DNA of 64,000 bases, taken from assembly GCA_051874735.1 (NCBI GenBank), contig JBJEGD010000013.1, forward strand, positions 78,707 through 142,706, read 5' to 3'. A program made the translations under genes and the position numbers. The notes beneath the pieces were generated by a model. The model did no database searches. It was not told the origin of the DNA and saw only the letters and a program-made list of their open reading frames with translations. This stretch comes from Candidatus Bruticola sp. GTDB lineage: Bacteria; Vulcanimicrobiota; Xenobia; Xenobiales; Xenobiaceae. This document shows, one piece after another, positions 60,401-64,000 of this stretch; position 1 is the stretch's first letter, and each line of letters begins with the position of its first letter.

Positions 60401-62935
60401 ATGATTGGTACTATAGTTGCAGACCGTTATAAAATAATTTCCCAGTTGGGCGTGGGGGGAATGGCCAAGGTTTATAAGGCCAAAGATTTGAATTTGGGAC
60501 GTGATGTAGCTCTTAAAGTGCTGCTCGAATCTGTCTCCAACGATCCAGAATTCAGAGAACGATTCCGTCGTGAAGCTAGGGCCAGTGCTGCTCTTTCTCA
60601 TCCCAATATCGTTCAAGTTTACGATTTTTTTGAAGCCGGCAAAGATATTTTTTTAGTTATGGAACTGATTGATGGACGCGATCTGCGCGATCTGATGCAG
60701 GAACAGGGGCATCTCAATATAGATGAAGCGGTTCGCATAATCATTGAAGTTCTTTCCGCTTTGGAGTTCGCCCATTCTCGAGGGGTGGTACACCGCGATA
60801 TCTCAGCACGCAACGTGATGATTAATAGGGACGGCTCCGTTAAAGTAGCCGATTTCGGTATCGCTCGCATAGTTGGAGAGCGCACGCTCACTCAAAGTGG
60901 AGAACTGATAGGCTCTGTACAGTATATCTCTCCGGAACAAGCCAGCGGCGGCCATGCTACTCCAGCCGCGGATATATACTCTACCGGTGTGCTGCTTTAC
61001 GAAATGCTGACTGGCGAGCTGCCCTTTAATTCCGACAATGTAGTTAAACTAGCTTTAATGCACGTGCAGTGTGCTGTTCCCAAACCTTCCGCTTTACGGC
61101 CGCAGATTTCAGAAGCTTTGGATAATATAGTCCTTAAGGCTATGTCTAAAAATCCGGTAAACCGTTACCGCAGTGCCGGAGAAATGATTGATGCTCTGCA
61201 GATGCTACGCTCTTCTAGTGCACCTTCGTCGGCAGGACATCCTTTAGTGCAGGCTTCGGCGCATCCATTGCCCGAACAGGCCTCTACAGCCAATACAGAT
61301 TCTGCTCTATCTGGTTCTTTTTATGGAGGGACAGTTGGAGAGGGAGCTGCAGGGGGAGCGCTGGGACTTGCTAAATTCGATGGCGCGACAGAGCGCACTA
61401 TGCTCAAGACTCGTTTGCCGCAAAATTTAATGAAAATGCAGGAAGACTCGTTAGGGGCTTCTGTGCGCCCGTTAGACAATTCTCTGCCGGTGGATACGGT
61501 CGATCTCAGTTGCAATCCCGAAGAAGAAGAGTATCAGGAATTTGGTCCTGAGGGCTATGAAGATTACGATGGTGAGAACGGCGAAGTGTACGAGGAGGGG
61601 GAAGAAAACCAGACTGAAGACGCAGAGTCTGAAAGTATGGGAGCCGTAAATCACAGTTTGGGAGCCATTATAGCTGTAACTCTAACTATTTTGATTGCTT
61701 TTGTAGCGGGAATTACCTGGGTTAACCTCAATTCTGCTCCAGGGGTCAATGTGCCCTCAGTAGTTGGACAAAAACTAGCTCAAGCTAGAGAAACGGTTAA
61801 AGAAGCTGGTCTGCGTTTAGAAGTACGGTCACAAAAATATGAACAGGGCGTTCATCCTGGTATTGTGTTGAGCCAAGATCCGGTTAGCGGTGTGCAGCTA
61901 GTTAAAGATGGGGTCATTTGGGTGGATATAAGTTTAGGCAGAGAGCTAATCGCCGTGCCCGATCTAAGCGGTTTGACCGAAGACAGGGCTTGCGATGAAC
62001 TTAATAACAGCGGTTTAGGTTACACTATAGTGCCCAAAGAGAACAGTGCCCCTGCTGGTACGGTTTTTGCTCAAGATCCTTCGGCCGGGCAGGAGTTAGC
62101 TGCCGGTTCTGAAGTGACCGTTTTTATTAGTTTAGGTCACGGTGAAGTTAAAGTACCCGACTTAAGCGGTTTAAGTTTGAAGAGTGCGGCCGATTTGGTT
62201 GTTGGTTTGGGCGGTAGTGTAAAAGTACGTGCTCAAAAAGACGATCCCAAAGCTGCTGAGGGAACTATCCTTGCTCAGGAGCCGGCTTCAGGTCAAGTTT
62301 TCCGCCGTGGTACTGTTGTTTATGTAGTAATTTGTAGCAAAAAGATGGCTGAGAACAAACCGGCTCCTTCGTTAATAGGCAAGAGCGTAGCAGAAGCTAA
62401 GGCTGAAGCGACCGCCTTGGGTATAGAACTCAATATTGAGGGAGATAGTTCTGAAGCTGCCCGCATAAATACTCAGAGCACTGCACCGGGAACGATGATT
62501 GAAGGAGGCCGTTTAACTGTTTCTGCTTCTACTCAAGCAGTAATCCCCGATGTCTGTACTCAGAGTTATGAGCAGGCTCTGAATAACTTAAAAAACGCTG
62601 GTTTCAAAGTCGGGCGTATATCTGTATCGGCCGGTACGGCTAACGATGTCGTAATTGAACAATATCCTGGAGGAGGACAGATGGCCCCCTTAGGCAGTAG
62701 CATCGATTTGACGATTACCAAGGCTGTTGAAAATGAGTCAGAAGCTTCTGCCCCCAGTAACGGAAGTACAACGATTAATATTAATTCTGTACCGCTTAAG
62801 GCTCCCGATCCTAGTCCAGTGGCTCCAGAACATTCTGCTCCTCCTGTAGAATCATCGCAGTCGCCTACTGATGGAGAGCATGGTAGCGGAGATAGCGGCA
62901 ATTTAGACATTGAACTTCCTGGGGATCTGCCCTAG
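60401..62935 (+). CDS. pknB: Stk1/PknB family PASTA-domain Ser/Thr kinase
   Basis: GVGGMAKVY, VALK, HRDISARN, DFGIAR and YISPEQ motifs; a TM helix; multiple PASTA repeats. Confidence 0.93.
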   Translation: MIGTIVADRYKIISQLGVGGMAKVYKAKDLNLGRDVALKVLLESVSNDPEFRERFRREARASAALSHPNIVQVYDFFEAGKDIFLVMELIDGRDLRDLMQEQGHLNIDEAVRIIIEVLSALEFAHSRGVVHRDISARNVMINRDGSVKVADFGIARIVGERTLTQSGELIGSVQYISPEQASGGHATPAADIYSTGVLLYEMLTGELPFNSDNVVKLALMHVQCAVPKPSALRPQISEALDNIVLKAMSKNPVNRYRSAGEMIDALQMLRSSSAPSSAGHPLVQASAHPLPEQASTANTDSALSGSFYGGTVGEGAAGGALGLAKFDGATERTMLKTRLPQNLMKMQEDSLGASVRPLDNSLPVDTVDLSCNPEEEEYQEFGPEGYEDYDGENGEVYEEGEENQTEDAESESMGAVNHSLGAIIAVTLTILIAFVAGITWVNLNSAPGVNVPSVVGQKLAQARETVKEAGLRLEVRSQKYEQGVHPGIVLSQDPVSGVQLVKDGVIWVDISLGRELIAVPDLSGLTEDRACDELNNSGLGYTIVPKENSAPAGTVFAQDPSAGQELAAGSEVTVFISLGHGEVKVPDLSGLSLKSAADLVVGLGGSVKVRAQKDDPKAAEGTILAQEPASGQVFRRGTVVYVVICSKKMAENKPAPSLIGKSVAEAKAEATALGIELNIEGDSSEAARINTQSTAPGTMIEGGRLTVSASTQAVIPDVCTQSYEQALNNLKNAGFKVGRISVSAGTANDVVIEQYPGGGQMAPLGSSIDLTITKAVENESEASAPSNGSTTININSVPLKAPDPSPVAPEHSAPPVESSQSPTDGEHGSGDSGNLDIELPGDLP

Positions 62936-62995
62936 AAACAGAAACATTAAGTGAGGCTGTAAAATGGTGTATACGAGAGGAGTAGAATTTTGACC

Positions 62996-64000
62996 ATGGG
63001 CGACAAGGTGAAGACAAAATCTGGTGAGGCTGTTAAGCTGAGCAAGAAAAAGCTGGAGTTGAAACCTGACGTCGCTGTTGACGGCCGGAGGTTAAACCAT
63101 AAAGAAGGTTCGTCTGATCGGCAAGTCGAGGGAGCTAAACAAGCTTCTGCTCAGGTCTTATCTGATTCTAGAAATAGTGCGCCTGATACTCAGAATGCAT
63201 CTGAAGGATCTACAACAAGCGCGACGTCTGCCGCTGGCGCTCCGGGCCGACATATGGCTCCACCTCTTCCAGCTGACGATAAGCTTAATTCAACAGAAGC
63301 TACCGCTGTGCAAGTAGCGGCAGAGCCCCCCTCAGTTTCTCCTCAGCCAGCGGTCACCTGTAATCCTTGGGTTTCGTGGTGCTCTTGGCAAAGGCTATTG
63401 TGGGCAGCTTTTAAGACAGCTGTTATAGTATTCGTGATATTCTCAGCGGCAGTATTCGGAACTGTTGTAGGGGTAACTGTGTACCGCACCTATTTTGCTG
63501 TTCCCGATGAAATAGAAGTTCCGGCTATTCAAGGCAAAGATTTTGCTACCGCCAACGAAATACTCAAGAATATGGGCTTGCGGCTGCGCATAGAAGAGGG
63601 ACGTCACACTGCCAAGTTCCCCGATCGCATTATCATTTCTCAAGATCCCCCTAAAGGGAGAATAGTGCGCAAAAATAGAGAAATATTGGCCGTTGTTAGT
63701 TTAGGTCCGGAGCAGTTTAGAGTGCCCGATTTAAAAGGCTTGAGTTTGCGTGAAGTAAAAAAATCACTCAATAATAACAAACTTAATTTGGGTAAGGTAA
63801 CCTACGTACCTAAACATACTAATCGCCCTGATGAAGTCTTGGAGCAAAAGCCCGCTGCCGGCACTTTAGCTTTGAAGGGCTCTAAGGTTAATATCACTGT
63901 TAACAAAGGCTTAGGCATGGCTAAAGTTAGCGTTCCCGATTTTACTAGACGAAACTTAGCTTTAGTTTCTCCCTTGCTGTCTAAAGTTGGTTTAAGTCTA
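62996..64000 (+). CDS. PASTA domain membrane protein (3' partial; absent from the ORF track)
   Basis: AGAGGAG RBS; TTG 62990 or ATG 62996; frame open to the window end; disordered N-region, a TM helix, then VPAIQGK...IISQDP, VPDLKGL...LEQKP and VPDF repeats. Confidence 0.85.
   Translation, partial: MGDKVKTKSGEAVKLSKKKLELKPDVAVDGRRLNHKEGSSDRQVEGAKQASAQVLSDSRNSAPDTQNASEGSTTSATSAAGAPGRHMAPPLPADDKLNSTEATAVQVAAEPPSVSPQPAVTCNPWVSWCSWQRLLWAAFKTAVIVFVIFSAAVFGTVVGVTVYRTYFAVPDEIEVPAIQGKDFATANEILKNMGLRLRIEEGRHTAKFPDRIIISQDPPKGRIVRKNREILAVVSLGPEQFRVPDLKGLSLREVKKSLNNNKLNLGKVTYVPKHTNRPDEVLEQKPAAGTLALKGSKVNITVNKGLGMAKVSVPDFTRRNLALVSPLLSKVGLSL

Noticed and set aside
63443-63643. 66-aa minus-strand ORF at the window end
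   Set aside because: It is antisense to the open plus-strand PASTA protein that runs off the window.

Overview
64-kb window from a bacterial chromosome. Gene content (rimP-nusA-ylxR-infB-rbfA-DHH, ClpC with a UVR middle domain, PASTA kinase, group B-like [FeFe]-hydrogenase, pta, class I aldolase) suggests a fermentative, Terrabacteria-type anaerobe; finer taxonomy cannot be fixed from the sequence. Housekeeping content: three tRNAs (Ser-TGA, Ala-CGC, Tyr-GTA), groES/groEL, clpC, gpmA, fbaB, pta, the nusA/infB operon and pknB. Accessory content: (i) after tRNA-Ala, a DUF4011-helicase-Vsr-like-DUF3320 (Hhe-like) gene, a MATE gene with one nonsense codon, and four orphan membrane proteins, two sharing a duplicated acidic C-terminal tail; (ii) an aldo/keto reductase + B12-radical SAM + GT-C + flippase-like cluster; (iii) a minus-strand cluster with a TPR protein fused to a degenerate Lon-like domain next to an ATPase-dead Clp protein that keeps its ClpP-docking loop; (iv) an orphan IS200/IS605 right-end/TnpB omegaRNA-like structured sequence, with no tnpB or tnpA nearby, inside the long leader of a TPR gene. 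GroEL has a Cys/His tail in place of GGM repeats and RimP lacks its C-terminal domain. No CRISPR array, rRNA, integrase or intact transposase was seen. All family calls come from motif recognition by eye, not database searches.
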